A stretch of DNA of 63,977 bases, the filler included, from Octopus bimaculoides (taxonomy: Eukaryota), in the NCBI RefSeq assembly GCF_001194135.2. It is 11 parts of 10 records of this genome, joined end to end, with 100 filler letters (N's around TTAATTAATTAA, not from the genome) between each part and the next. Parts side by side here need not be neighbours in the genome. Positions count along the whole stretch, not along the records: positions 62,871 to 63,977 come from NW_026379629.1; 10 more parts are not named here. The stretch is one strand, 5' to 3'. The position numbers were made by a program, and so were the translations under genes. Every line of letters begins with the position of its first letter. The first letter of the stretch is position 1. Of this stretch, positions 62,885 to 63,977 are shown in pieces. The notes beneath the pieces were generated by a model. It ran no database searches. It was not told the DNA's origin and saw only the letters and a list, made by a program, of their open reading frames with translations.

Positions 62885-63118
62885 TGTGTGTGTCTTTGTT
62901 TGTCGTTGTCCCCCCCACCACCACCACAACTCGACAACTGGTGGTTACATCCTCGCAACTTAGCGGTTCGGCAAAGAACCGAAAGAATAAGAACTAGGCT
63001 TTAAAATAAATAAAAGTCCTAGGGTCAATTTGTTCGTCAAAAAAGAAAAAAAAACCCTTCAAGGTGGTGCCCCAGCATGGCCGCTGTGAAATGACTGTAT
63101 CGAGTAAAAAATAAAAGA
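62885..63118 (+). mobile_element. SINE family A right arm
   Basis: AACTTAGCGGTTCGGCAAAGA..GGTGCCCCAGCATGGCCGC..TGACTG. Confidence 0.8.
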
Positions 63119-63160
63119 ATACATACATACATTTACGCATACATACATATATGTATGTGG

Positions 63161-63196
<36 letters not shown>

Positions 63197-63664
63197 CAAA
63201 CACTCGTAATTCGTGTATATAAACACGCCAATTATGTCACTGCTATATTTGTCTCCCATTGTGAATACACTTAGAGACTGTGAAATACATTTTGGTGCTA
63301 CTAATCCAGCGAATTCAGTTATAAGTTCTAATCTGTGTTAGTTCCACATTATTTTATTAGTGATAATTAACTATTTACATTAAAATCGGATCCTACATGT
63401 GGTTATGAAATCAGGTGATACGTCGAAACCGAGGGTAGGAAAAATCAACCCAGATTTATATAAACAAATATATTTCTTGGTACGTATAAGTGTAACACAA
63501 TATCCGTTGTACTCCCAAATTGCCAATAGCTGAGATTTACAGATACCTATGCGTACGGAAAGATATATACATTTATATATATATATACATATATATATTT
63601 ACCATGCATACATATGTGGTGTGTGTGTACGTGTGTACGTACGTAAGACACAAATACACAGATA

Positions 63665-63695
<31 letters not shown>

Positions 63696-63781
63696 GTGTG
63701 TGTGTGTTTGTTTTCATGTCAAGTTTTACATGAAAATAATTTAGCACTGAGCAAGAACATCACTTAGTCCCTATATATATG

Positions 63782-63812
<31 letters not shown>

Positions 63813-63855
63813 GCGTGTGTGGGTGTATGTATATAAATATATGTATGTGTGCATA

Positions 63856-63917
<62 letters not shown>

Positions 63918-63919
63918 TA

Positions 63920-63977
63920 TATTCTCATTTATTCTTTTACTTGTTTCAGTCTTTTGACTGCGGCCATGCTGGAGCAC
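63920..63977 (-). mobile_element. SINE family A 3' end, cut by the window edge
   Basis: TCTTTTACTTGTTTCAGTCTTTTGACTGCGGCCATGCTGGAGCAC. Confidence 0.85.

Noticed and set aside
63385-63450. Hammerhead-like GAAACC-GAG-GGTA
   Set aside because: No CUGANGA-like core and no adjacent helix I.
97-63977. Most ORF-track entries (YIYI, HTHT, CVCV, poly-I/H/S/D and X-rich ORFs)
   Set aside because: They are translations of microsatellites or read-through of N gaps, with no domain content.
1-63977. Fanzor/TnpB, Cas, recombinase or intact RT genes; telomeric (TTAGGG)n
   Set aside because: No such ORF, motif or repeat was visible in called sequence; the many N gaps cannot be assessed.

Overview
AT-rich, microsatellite-dense eukaryotic draft sequence with many N gaps. 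It contains no recognisable intact host gene, no rRNA, no true tRNA and no CRISPR array. The SINE families and simple-repeat load suggest a coleoid cephalopod, probably Octopus (inference, not a database result). Ten identical 100-nt spacers (44 N + TTAATTAATTAA + 44 N) show the window is 11 artificially joined scaffolds, so adjacency across them is meaningless. Supported content: (i) at least five tRNA-headed or tail-sharing SINE families, labelled A-E here, with shuffled CORE-like, Meta-like and V-like modules; (ii) decayed DNA transposons: a near-complete Tc1-type DD36E element with TIRs, two DD37D/maT remnants, two mariner ends, a MER1/Charlie-like hAT MITE and a probable Helentron-type HINE; (iii) retroelement fragments: an R4/Dong-like restriction-like endonuclease, a Tx1/L1-like ORF2 piece and several Penelope-like pieces; (iv) a CpG-rich 51-bp minisatellite with higher-order structure. 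The strongest hidden signal is a dispersed set of hammerhead-ribozyme (HHR) folds with different helix II sequences: one with an intact core, two with a shared U4C core change (one of them in a head-to-head inverted pair), and several decayed. Most ORF-track entries are microsatellite or N-gap read-throughs. All alignments and counts were done by eye.
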